From Pocillopora damicornis (lineage: Eukaryota): a stretch of 64,000 nucleotides of DNA. The position numbers were made by a program, and so were the translations under genes. Below, piece by piece: positions 12,901 to 23,904 of the stretch. Below the pieces are notes generated by a model. It made no database searches. It was not told where the DNA came from and worked only from the letters and a program-made list of their open reading frames with translations. The DNA lies in NCBI RefSeq assembly GCF_003704095.1, contig NW_020844403.1:62001-126000 (forward strand), written 5' to 3'. The first letter of the stretch is position 1, and every line of letters starts with the position of its first letter.

Positions 12901-13056
12901 CTTAGTTTTGAGTTGAATGTAGGCAGCTTTCCTCACAAAGAGGTCAAAAATGGCTGTACAGTTTTCATGGAACATATTGAAAGTAAAGAATCTCAGCTAT
13001 TTGGAAATTTTTTCTCTGCTTTTAAGAAGTATTTCTTGGGTTTAGTAATGAGGTAA
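6999..13056 (+). CDS. TUT1: Speckle-targeted PIP5K1A-regulated poly(A) polymerase / U6 snRNA terminal uridylyltransferase (Star-PAP)
   Basis: Six exons, all GT-AG and in phase: 6999-7068, 7915-8108, 8859-9125, 9709-10070, 10880-11220, 11825-13056. Domains: zinc finger (CDVC..HNNGKKH), RRM (RSIYVRGF / GVFAIVEF), NTase (PFGSTVSGVGWKGSDLDL, CDLSVNN), PAP-associated (LCVQDPFELVHN) and a KA1-like C-terminus. Confidence 0.92.
7141..7285 (+). mobile_element. Penelope-like terminal repeat remnant with degenerate hammerhead motif
   Basis: CTGACGA-AGGGCCAACGCT-AGAGACGTC followed by GGTGGCCAATTTAC..CAACTCAGTTGATAA..GCAGCACCACAGTT. The same family occurs at about 46280-46505, 50608-50700 and 59640-59845. 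Confidence 0.6.
7466..7674 (+). mobile_element. TTAA-flanked ~200-bp MITE (piggyBac-type), TUT1 intron 1
   Basis: TTAA at both ends with a ...AAAGGGTTAA terminus. Shares the family internal sequence CATCAGTAT..ATATTCTCCAT..CAAGGAGAATT. Confidence 0.75.
8114..8296 (+). mobile_element. TTAA MITE copy, 5 nt downstream of the TUT1 exon 2 donor
   Basis: Starts TTAACCCTTTACACC; the 3' end is diverged. Confidence 0.65.
9505..9670. repeat. CpG-rich interspersed repeat with internal hairpin (possibly Crypton-like non-autonomous)
   Basis: Hairpin GGAAACCAC-TCCGCTTCGCATC-GTGGTTTCC and motif CGCGCGCTCTGATTGG. A related degraded copy is at about 21740-21925. Confidence 0.5.
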
Positions 13057-15054
13057 AAAGTTTGTCAGCAAGCAGAGTATAATATAGAAATATGTACTAA
13101 ATAATATTATAGAAACTATGTAAAACATTAAATGATTATTTTTCTTATTATGGAAATTAAAATGTTTGACCACACTTGAAATTTTAGAAATTTGTACCCT
13201 TTCTTTCTCTGCAGTGCTCTATGCAAGATATTCAGATGAGAACTGCTCTTAGTTATCCGTCAAATTCCTATGTATTAACTTGGAAGACACATTTTAATAT
13301 TCCATTAGATAACTTTTTAATGTGGAGGAGATTAATTTGAAAGATGGAATAGTCTGTTAACTTCAATGTGAGAATGTTCATTTTTTCAGAAGATTCCAAA
13401 TTAAAGTATTTAAGGCCCTTGTTTGACCAACCAACTTTGCATGCTTTTCTTTTGGTTGTTGAGTTTGTTCCTTAAAAGGTGTTCTAAAACAACATGACAA
13501 TTTGGGTCAACTGTGCACCCTACAATGCAGTAACAGTCAAATTCTAGATAAAATGGCTCAAGTTAAGAGAGGATTCACTCAGCTGGAGAGATCATGTAAT
13601 GAACATTGTCTGCTTTTACTTCATTATCTAGTGAAAACTAATGGCAAAGATCATAAAAACTTCCAGGGTGCCAACTTCTTCTGAAAACCACATTATTTTA
13701 TTTCCACACATCAATGAAAGCCCACTTGCAAACAGAAGATATAAAATGTTACACAAAGTTTAAATGCTTCCAAATATTGGTTTATTCAAGTGAAAATACA
13801 TTTAGATATTAATTATAAACCATTTGAACTTTGCCATAAGAAAAAGATGTTCTCAATTCATACTCAACGTATTTCAAGAACATCCTGACATTAAGTGCAA
13901 AATTTGGTTACTATGCATCTCAAAGACATGTATGCAAGTTCAACATTGTCATGATTTAACAAACTTTTATCCTTGCATATTGAATGATACAGTTGAATAT
14001 ATTTCTTGGAGCATACCAGCCTGCAAAGTATGTTTAGAATGGTTGTCCTTTTAAAGCAAGTTAAATATAGATCCATTTTTAATTTTATTGTTCATGTCTT
14101 GAACACATCAGATGGACAAGTCTCTTTCTTCCAAAGTAGAATAAGAAAGGTAAACTGCTGATTAATGAAAATGGCCCTTTAAATTAAACAAGCTTTCCTG
14201 GTGAAAATTGTAATAAATACACAAATTTCTTGCACCAACTTGGAAATAACTGGTATTTTTAGCATAATTTCAAACTACATACCTAACAAACTATGAATAA
14301 TTAGCATAAATTATACGTAAATCTTGTGAATTATAAATGACTGAATAAATATATTTCAGTTTCTGGATTTTACACAAATATTTATTCGACCTCAGTACTA
14401 TCCTTTCTCATTGCTCCAGTATCCTTTTTAGTTCACTGTCATCTTTTCTAATGATCCCAGAAAAGTTATTTTTCAGTTCAAGGCCACCTAACAAAGTATT
14501 CATAAAAACTAATTAAAAATTGTTGTGACAAAATTAAATTTTATTGCTAACCAACCAATCCTCTGTGTAAACTGGGATGATCAAAAATCTTATTCATATA
14601 TACTGATAACGAATTCAATTCAACTTCATAAAGAACAAAAAGATTTTTATACTTAAATTTTTATTAAACTCCATCATGACATAGTGGAAGCTTCCAAAGC
14701 AAGTCCTAGCCAAAAATAAATAATGATTTTATTTAATTGGAGTACCTGTAATGAATTGTGAAATTACCTGCGGTTTTAGATTAGATGAAAATACTCAGGC
14801 TCATAACAAACTTACCAAGGGAATCTTATTTCACTTTCAAAAAGTGAAGCAATATAATTATAATCGAGTACATGATATGTAAATGATATTTAACCTTTAA
14901 ATCCCCTTTGCATGGCAAATAATAACTTTTAAAGTTATTCCAATGAATTTACTGATTTCTTCTGAAAGGAATGTTGACTACCAATCTGCCAAGAGATTTG
15001 TTCTTTAAGGTGCAATTCTCTCTTTTAAAAAAGGAATTTTTTTTGCACCATCTC

Positions 15055-16764
15055 CTAAGAAAATGGTCCTCTAGGAAGCACTCCCACTCCAACACCTCCT
15101 TGGTGCATGCCCATGGATGCCACAGGGGTCCATCTATTGCTCAGTACATCGAAGCACTCCACAGTATTAAGGTTTGACAAGCCATCGTAGCCTCCAATCG
15201 CATACAACCTTCCTCCTAGAGTCACCACAGCTACCCTACTGCGGCGAGTATTCATGGGGGCTACAAAAGTCCATTGCCCAGTCTCAGGGTCAAAACACTC
15301 AACAGTGTTGAGAAAGCAACTGCCATCATACCCTCCACACACATAGATGCGGCCATTTAAAGTGGCAACACCAACTCTACATCTGCGAACACTCATTGGC
15401 GGACTCTGCACCCATGTGTTGGTTTGTGGGTTGTACACTTCCACAGTGTTAAATATTGATAAGCCATTGTGTCCACCAATGGCAAAAATCTTTCCGTTCA
15501 ACTCTGTGACACCAGCAGCACTGCGGAGTGTCCCCATTGGGGCTACAAACTTCCAGCTGTTGACTGCAGGAGAATAGCACTCTACTGTGCTCAGTGAGAT
15601 GTGGCCATCATACCCACCTACAACATATATCCCTCCACTTACTACCACTGCACCAAGAGCACTGCGACGTGTATTCATGGGAGCAACTGCCTTCCATGTT
15701 TGAAACTGTGGATCAAAACATTCCACTGTGCTCAGTCGCTTGTGGCCATCAAATCCACCAAGGGCATACAGCTTTTTATCTAGGACAGCTACTCCAACAC
15801 GGGTACGCAACGTGCTCATAGGTAAGCCAGGCAACCATTGTCCGGTCAAAGTATCGTACGTTTCCACGGTGCTAAGAGCCTCCCCAGAGGAAGTCAGGCC
15901 GCCAATAGCATAAATCAGACATGCAGCTTCACTGCATCGCCTTGGTTTCGTGCGGATCGACTGAAGCTTACATCTCCTCTCAGGCATGAGGAGGTAGTCC
16001 TTAGCTTCGTCTACCAAGTCACGGCATGCTAAATTACTCTTTATCAGCTCGTCGCTGGAGACTTTGTCGCATAGATACTGCGGGCTAATCAAAGGCAGTC
16101 TCACGTTCTTGAGTAATTCTGGAAGGAAATCTTTGCGCTCGTCTTCTTCTCTTCTCACCCAAGCTGAAATTGCTTCAAAAACTTCTTCTTCTGTGCGGAC
16201 ATTTAATTCTTCCCGCGAGATCATCTCCACCACCGCCTCGGGGGCCAAGCTCAAGAATTCTTCACTCCTTGCAACCTCAGAGAAGTTTTTCACAGCAAAA
16301 ACATCAGCTGCTTTGACGAGATCTATGCAAGAATATGTATCAGCGAAAGACCGGATACCGAGGCAATTTGTCGGATGAAGAACGCGGTGGAGAAACTCAA
16401 CGCACGCTTGCTTTACACTCGCCAACTGCAGCAGGTTGGAGGCACATAGTAAATTCTGCACATTATCTACGTTGATTTCAATCCTTCCTGTGTAGCAGAA
16501 ATTCACCAGATCCTCTAAAGCTGAAAATTCCACGCCGAACAAGATGACTTCATCTTGACGACTTTCTTTCATGTCTCCAGTAAACATGGCATTAAAATAG
16601 CTACTCGCAGCAGCTAAAACCACACGATGAGACTTCAAATGGAAATCACCTACACCAAGTTGAATGTCGCAGAGCTTCCCATCTTTTCTAAGGCTGTGTA
16701 GCCCTGAGAAAACTTGGGAAGAAAATTCAGGAACACAGAAAAGCAAACTCTCCTCTGACGCCAT
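15055..16764 (-). CDS. KLHL18: Kelch-like protein 18 (BTB-BACK-6 Kelch), intronless CDS, 569 aa
   Basis: Start AAAATGGCG at 16764. BTB (LCDIQL..HRVVLAAASSYFNAMFT), BACK, CRDLVDEAKDYLLMPERR and six GG-Y-W kelch repeats. Ends HQGGVGVG like KLHL18. Confidence 0.92.
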   Translation of the reverse strand: MASEESLLFCVPEFSSQVFSGLHSLRKDGKLCDIQLGVGDFHLKSHRVVLAAASSYFNAMFTGDMKESRQDEVILFGVEFSALEDLVNFCYTGRIEINVDNVQNLLCASNLLQLASVKQACVEFLHRVLHPTNCLGIRSFADTYSCIDLVKAADVFAVKNFSEVARSEEFLSLAPEAVVEMISREELNVRTEEEVFEAISAWVRREEDERKDFLPELLKNVRLPLISPQYLCDKVSSDELIKSNLACRDLVDEAKDYLLMPERRCKLQSIRTKPRRCSEAACLIYAIGGLTSSGEALSTVETYDTLTGQWLPGLPMSTLRTRVGVAVLDKKLYALGGFDGHKRLSTVECFDPQFQTWKAVAPMNTRRSALGAVVVSGGIYVVGGYDGHISLSTVECYSPAVNSWKFVAPMGTLRSAAGVTELNGKIFAIGGHNGLSIFNTVEVYNPQTNTWVQSPPMSVRRCRVGVATLNGRIYVCGGYDGSCFLNTVECFDPETGQWTFVAPMNTRRSRVAVVTLGGRLYAIGGYDGLSNLNTVECFDVLSNRWTPVASMGMHQGGVGVGVLPRGPFS

Positions 16765-18144
16765 TTTCTTGTTATCGCATTGCCGGTCACGTGACGCCTC
16801 ACAGGTGTTGTTATGACAAACAGACGCGATAAGTCGATTACCGATACTTTCCCGATGCCAATCAAACCTGATTGACAAATGTCATTTTAAGGCAATTTAA
16901 TGCGCCTAATTTGATTGAGTCATTATTTTCTGGTTTGTCACGAAAGAGGGGCATTTATCTCTCTAGACCCTTTAAAAAAAAATCAATGATTTTCCCAATT
17001 GCCTCACCCTTTTCCCTTTTCTTTTTATATGCACATTGATCAAGTTTCTGGTGATTACTACCAAATATCATTTTCCTTGCTTTTTTTATCTTGATGTTTC
17101 ATTTCTTATAAATTATTTATTTATTGTAACATTAGCTTAACATTGTGTTTCATTTGAGCAAAATCAGAAGTGCCTTTAACTGGTTTCTGTCAAATTCAAT
17201 TATCTACTTTGGCAATTAACCAATGGATCTAACAATAAAACAACCTGTTACATATGGCACGATTTCCCTCCACCAATCCTCTCTGTGTGTAAAATGCTTG
17301 GGTGTGTGTAGTGACCAGCCCCTCTTCTTCAGTGCCATATCCACTAATTATCCACAGCATTTGACAAATAGTATTACAGGTACTAAAAATCTTACACAAG
17401 CAGATGATTTAAATACAGCTGAATCTTGATCAATTATGGGGCTGTTAAGAATCCTTCAAAAATATGAGTTTTAAACTTTTCTTACATGCTACAATTCCCT
17501 GTCGTGAGGAATGGTGTTCCACGATTTAGGGGGAAATATGGAAATGTTCCAAGAACTTGTTATGGGTTTTTGCACCAACAAGAGTTCTCACAAAACAATT
17601 TGAACCAAATGTTCTGGAATGCTTCTGTTGGTAAAGTAATTTGGCACATGTATGCAATGTGAGCATTTGTGTTCAGTAATAAGAGAATAAAAGAGAAGAG
17701 TAAAAAGTTTCCAGATAATTAAACAAAAAACACCCTTTGGATGACAGATGGGGCTTGACATACAAATCAAAAGGAATCTCTAAAAGTATGGATTTTAATA
17801 AGCCCTCTTCTCACAATCTCACAGCCACAAACAACTCAACATAACCCTTAAAGACTTATAAATAAAATTGCAACAAGAATTCTTGGGCTCTACAGGGACG
17901 AATGATATTTTTACAGATCAGTACAAAGATTAATTTTTTTATTTTATTTTCACTATATTGGCTATATGATTCATGCAAATTAATATGTTGTTTCGGTTTG
18001 TTGCAAAAAAAAATTAAAAAATAAAACTAGTAAATTTAATTCCTTTTTTGAATTCATTTTCAGAGAAAAAAGATAAAACTAAACAATATTAGACATAATT
18101 TAACAAGAAGTTTCTTTTTATTATGAAATAAATATAATTCAAGT

Positions 18145-20021
18145 CTATGTATTACAGCTTGTATCATCCTTCTGTTTTGATTTGACTTTTGTAGAAGTTG
18201 TTGACCTTCTTTTCCTTCCTTGCTGAAACTTTAATTTACATTGTTGCAGTTTTTTCACTCTGTTTTCTCCTTTACCTCCGCCTCCACATGTTACCTCTAC
18301 ATTTATCTTTCTTCCAGCTAGAACACTGTGATGTAAATTCAGTGCTTTCTGGAAAGGAATAATATACAATTTGGCCTTTGATAATAACAAGTATGGATAC
18401 TTGTTGAGAGTAAAGTAAAGGGCAAAGTTTGGAGAATATTAGCTCATTTTCCCAAGAGTTCAAGTTAAAAAGATCATTAAGTTGTGCCTTAATAAAAGGA
18501 ACTCCTTCAAGTCTCTATTTTAAGAGGTTAATTATAGAAAACTGAACTATGTAATTTACATAGCGAGGAACCTAAAACAAAAGATGTGCAAACAGAAACA
18601 AATGCAAGTAAATATTAACCAATCAAAACCACTGATGTAACTATATAAGCATAAATCATTATATAATATATATTTAAATTACTTATATAAATCATTATAT
18701 AATCATTATTAACATGTAATACATTAGAAGGACGTCAAACAGTGGAAGTAATTTCACTCACCCAATAACTAGCCTTGTCACCAAATTCAATAAATCCACA
18801 ACCCTTTGACTCTCCACTCTTCTTGGTCATGAGTCGAAATTCTTTAATGTTATCTATTGACAAACAGACAGAATAGCTGTTTATTATCACTAATACTTGC
18901 ACACTTTCGTCTGCTGTGATGAAAATGTTTTGCTGTTTCACTCAGGGCCCTCCTTGAANNNNNNNNNNNNNNNNNNNNNNNNNNNNNNNNNNNNNNNNNN
19001 NNNNNNNNNNNNNNNNNNNNNNNNNNNNNNNNNNNNNNNNNNNNNNNNNNNNNNNNNNTAAAAAGTATGTATCTTTTGTTCTTGTCTTTATTATCAAGTT
19101 TGTCAATAGCTTGTTCATTTTCTTCTCCAGTTGCTTCAGAGGTTTGTTTCTTTTTCTCTGAGGTCTTAACTGGCTTATCTGTTTTGTCTAAAAGATAAAG
19201 TTATTGTTAAATAAATAATTAATTTAAGTTAATAATAGGAACAAGTAAAGATGAGCATACAAAAAAAGAGAAAAAATACATCTTTACACAATTGTCTCAA
19301 GTAAATCACACTACATCTGGAAGGAACCTTTGATCATAAAATTGCTATTGTCATCATAATCATTGCATCTGTGCTGAATATGGCAAAGGATTTGTGGACC
19401 AATGATGATGGCAATATCACCTTAGTATGTACTTTTAAGGGATGAAATCCTTCAATGTTCTAAAAATGAATACCACTTCATTAAATACAGTTGTGGAAAT
19501 TATGTAACAAAATTTAATGACGATCATCTTCAAGAAAGCTGTAACCAGACGTAATACCAGTTTGATTCTTCTGTAAATTAACTTCAATGGGAATGTAAAA
19601 GCTGCAGTAACAAAATGCTGGTTCTAAAAAAAAGAGCAAACTACCAAGGGTAACAAGAAAGAAACAAGAACCAAGGTAGCGTACCAGATTTCTTCAGAAC
19701 TTTTCCTTCCTTTGGTCTATGTTTGGCCCACCAACTGTTATCAAAAACAAGTAATTGTATGAGAATATACATGAAATCAGGTTAAAATACCTGGCTACCT
19801 GTATGATTATGCGTATCCTTTAATAATCATATCATTGAACCACATGACAATGAGCGTTATTCCTGAATCTAATTGCCATTCTTTACCCCAAGTTACACTC
19901 TCCTATTTCTTGTTCAATCGACCACGTGTGGTATCGAGTTTACTGCGCTGTTGAGGTGAATTAGAGGCACTTACTCATGTCGTTTTCTTTTCCTCGATGT
20001 TAGTGGCTTTGGCTCCTCCAT
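18145..20021 (-). CDS. RRM-domain nucleolar protein, yeast Nop6-like (one exon partly in the N-gap)
   Basis: Exons 20021-19975, 19734-19685, 19187-(gap at 19058), 18853-18762, 18348-18145. RNP2 start KRYILF, RNP1 KGCGFIEF, then the Nop6-type signature ALNLHHSVLAGRKINVEVTCGGGG. Confidence 0.8.
18959..19058. other. Assembly gap (100 N)
   Basis: Run of N interrupting the RRM gene. Confidence 1.
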
Positions 20022-20252
20022 GTGATTTATTCTCAAAAAATAATAATGCGAATAACAATCCTACACAGTCATAGATTTGTGTAGAAAAGAACAGATACAA
20101 CGCAAGAAAGTAGTGTACATCTCCGCCATAATGGATGCGTTAAACTGGGGCCAAGTATACAATTATAAGTTTCACGCAAAGGCCTACGGGTAAAATAATA
20201 ATCAACATGATGGCTGACTTTTTAAGTTAGGGAGATTTGCGATAACTTAGCA

Positions 20253-21492
20253 ATGGATCGTGAATTTGATGTGATAGGACAATACCGTGCGATTACTGCG
20301 AAGCTAAAAAGGCGTTTTCTGAAAAAACCTAATGTCTCTGAGGCAAGTGGTCAGTTTGGTGCTCTTGCAAAGGAGTTGAAACGACAGGACTGTCCACAAT
20401 ATGCTGGTTTCTGTAGTCTTGCCAAGGCGAGATGTGAAAATACGCTGTCTAATGGAACGGGGGAAGTCGAGGCGCTTACTGAAGCTGCACGTCTGTTTTT
20501 AGAAGCAGAGAAAAATTCCGTGGAGTTGAGGTGTCCAGCGTTCGAGGAACACTTGACTGAAGCTATACATCTCTTCAATCAGGCTATTAAAACTCACTGT
20601 GCCCAGGGTAATTCAGCGCTAGGAGCTTGTTTGTGCCTAGAAATAGGCGATGCCTTGAGACATATGAACCGGCCCCATGAAGCTATGGTCCATTATCAAC
20701 ATGCTGCTGAGTTACAGCATCAGAATCCCATTGATGCCCTGCAGTCAATGACTTTGGTAGCCTCATGTAAAATTGATACAGGCAAGTTAAAAAAAGTATA
20801 GTATGGGGGATTGGATATCTTGTAGGACAAGTACACCTCTTTTCCAAAGGCTATGGCCTCAAGAATCATGTTAGACTTTGTGGGAACATATGCTCATTGA
20901 ATAATTTGTTAAAATGTTTGTAAAAATGGTCAACAAAAAAGGTTTAACAGTTGCTCTCATTTCCTGGAAAATAAAAAATTTATATGTATGCAGGCAAAAC
21001 TTTACCATCAGTTACACAAGTAACTATTTTGAAAGGTACACTTGAATCTTAAATCCTTTTCATTATTTGCTTAACACAGGTGATTTTGATGGTGCCTTGT
21101 CTGTATTAACTGAAATGGCTTACCATGCAGAAGAAAGAGGAACCATGAGCCAACAGGGAAAGTTAAAGGGACCATACCAAGAGATTTTAGCCCACTGTGA
21201 GATTGGACGTATTCTTCTGTTAATGTTACTTCAACCAACACCACAGCGAATTCGTCCTCAGCATGCTCAAATACTTGAGAAGTACTCAGAGGATTCAGAT
21301 CCTGCTGAAAACCCTGTGGATTACATGAATAAAGATCTCTTCCTGTTGCTTCAGTCAGTGGTGATGGTATGTCAGTTGCATGATGTGGATGCTCTTAAAG
21401 AACTAGAGAAAGAACTATGGACTTACCTTGATCCTGAGCAACAGCATCTTCTTCATCTAATCACTTTAAAATTGTCAAAGAAAGGAGAATGA
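20253..21492 (+). CDS. F8A1: 40-kDa huntingtin-associated protein (HAP40 / factor VIII intron 22 protein)
   Basis: Exons 20253-20781 and 21080-21492, joined by a GC-AG intron. Motifs KLKRRFLKKPNVSEASGQF, YAGFCSLAKARCE, CEIGRILLLMLLQP, LFLLLQSVVMVCQ and LW..LDPEQQHLLHL. Confidence 0.92.
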
Positions 21493-22770
21493 AAATGTGG
21501 TACTGTTGTCAAGTACAATTTCAGAAATCAGAAAGTTTTTCTCGATATAAATGTCAAAGTATGTGGATATTAAAATGCCTGGATGTCAATAATTAATTGA
21601 AATGAACTTAAAAGAACTGTAATGGTCTGGTGAGTAGATACAGTAACACAGGCCACAACTTCTTTTTGGAAAGTAAAATAATCAATTAATTTAATTTACA
21701 TAGAGAAATATCAAGTACTTTTTTATAAGCAATGAACAGTACTATTGGCTATTGGTTGGCTGGTGTAATAACCCACACAGATTGCTGGAAGAACATGAGA
21801 AGGTTTATGGATCACAAGCCAGAGACAAGTGATGAGCAAACTTTCCCAACTCCAATTTTTAAAGGTGCAATAAAGGATAGTATTCTGACCAACTAGGGTG
21901 CCTATTGTTTCTCAGTTATTTTATAATTTAAGTTAGTTGGACTCTACTAAGACATCAGCAACATATACATGGAACCCATTGCTGTCATGACAAAATTAAC
22001 TAAAAAAGGTTGAAGTAACTGTACATTTCTTTGTGTAGCTGGTTCTACAAAATGTTACACTTTTTGTCAACTATTACCAGAGATAAAGGGTACAAGAAAA
22101 TTATTTCAGAAAGAATACTTTGCATTCATCTCACTGCTAGTTACATGCTTCAGAACCACAATTGTCAGCTTTATGTGCTTTTTTTGTTTGTTTGTGTGCT
22201 TTTTCATTTCAAGGGGCTTCACCACAAAGTCAAGAAGCAAAGGAGCTCTGTATCCATTGCAATCTTCGAAAATTTTGATCATGAAAGATTTCCAGCTGTT
22301 GCTTCACAATGATATATTTTCAGAAAATAAAATGACAAGAATTTGTGTAAATTTTCAGACTTCACTAAACTTACAACACTCCATTCCCAAGATAAATGTC
22401 AACTGCTTAGCCCCTTCATAAAGCTTACAAAGTTTTAATTCCCCACCTACCCAGCTGTAATGTGCATAATTCTGATCCCCTGTACTTTCTCCTAACTGTC
22501 AAAGCTTTTTAAGTATTGCGTGGAATGCCCACTTTTCAATGTTTAAGGTACAACTTTTCAAACAAGTATATTCCTTCCGTAACAGCAACAAAATGCCCTC
22601 TTGTCTTGAATTAAGTTTTGAATATTTTATCCATAATTTACTCAAATTTTGAAAACTAGGAATATCTCTGAGGGAACACCATCAGATATTCCTCAGTTTT
22701 AGCACAAGCATATTCAGTCACAAGATGCATTTAGACCAATTGCGATAAAGCAAAAAAATTTATGGATTAT

Positions 22771-23608
22771 AATAATATACATGGAAAAATTACTCAGTTT
22801 TGATTGGTTATAACAAATGCAGTTTTCAGGTAATTCAGTGCAGAAGAGAGTTAATTCAGTGCAGAAGAGGGTTAATTCAGTGCAAAGAAAGAAACAAATC
22901 AGACATTCTGATTGGCTAATAATCAAAGAAACTCGCAGATAGCCAATCAAATGCAAGCCTTGGATGTCACAACAAAATTTGAAAATTTGCGAGTGAAACA
23001 ATGGCCGGCGTTTTAAGTAGGTTTTCTTTCACCACCGCAGCTGAAAAACAGCTTAAACAATGAAAACATTGTAAAAAGCACTGTTTTTTGGTTGTCTGTT
23101 TGGAAAAAGTGGCGAGGAAATCGAAAATTACGAGCCGACCCAGCTTAACACTTTGCTCGAGCGATCCAACGCCAAAATTTAAAACAAACATGGTTAAACC
23201 TCGGAAACGAAGATTCCATTTCATCGAAAGTGATTCGGACACAGACTGAACAATTCCTTAAACTGTTTAGCCGGACTTTGAACTTTTGGGCACCTTAAAG
23301 ATGTGAAGATATCATTGCATATTATTGTTTTGATCGTACGCAGTTGTTTTGACCGAATGCAAGGTTTGAATAAACTATTTTTTGCACTTGATGCGCGTGC
23401 TTTGCTTATGTTTAATTATGATAGACCATCTTGTATTTTTCCATGTATATTATTAACACGTAATCACATGATTTTTCTCGTGCAATTTGGAATAAACAAG
23501 CACTTGTTAATTTTTTCAAAGACCACAAATTGCACTCGCCCTACGGGCTTGTGCAATTTTGTTAGTCATTAAAAAAATTTACTTGTGCTTATTTATTCCA
23601 AATTGCAC
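22771..23608. mobile_element. ~840-bp CpG-rich non-autonomous element with internal inverted repeat, 21-bp tandem repeat and terminal palindrome (Crypton-like by inference)
   Basis: AATAATATACATGGAAAA (22771) is inverted against TTTTCCATGTATATTATT (about 23437-23454). About three copies of GTTAATTCAGTGCAGAAGAGR. Palindrome GTGCAATTTGGAATAAA...TTTATTCCAAATTGCAC at 23480-23608. An inverted remnant is at about 55836-55977. Confidence 0.6.
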
Positions 23609-23904
23609 TAAGGCTACATTTTGCAATGAATATCAACAACCTGAGGAAACATTGTGAATAGTTTCAGAGGATAAAGAGTACTAAGTTGCAAACAAGGGAC
23701 TTTGTTTCTTTAATAACAAGCAACACATTTATTTCTGACATGGACTGCATTTTAAACAACTGGTAAAAGCAATGGACTCATGTCCCACTGAGGAGCAAAA
23801 TCACAGCAGCATGAAATGAGAACATGCCACTACAAGCGGTTAGATGATAGGGCCATCTCCACAGGAACTATTTAAATTCTCTATACAGTCAAACTAAATC
23901 GTTC

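Noticed and set aside
15347-16378. Several + strand ORFs antisense to KLHL18, and ORFs antisense to MFSD6 and HAP40
   Set aside because: Shadow ORFs of real coding sequence, with no motifs.
16765-16878. N-terminal extension of the 607-aa KLHL18 ORF
   Set aside because: It begins at a non-ATG codon in promoter/UTR sequence. Homology starts at ATG 16764.
20061-20129. Upstream in-frame ATG for the Nop6-like gene
   Set aside because: Closed by TAG after 22 codons; more likely a promoter motif or trivial uORF.
22829-22885. 21-bp direct repeats resembling a CRISPR array
   Set aside because: No spacers, eukaryotic context, and they lie inside a mobile element.
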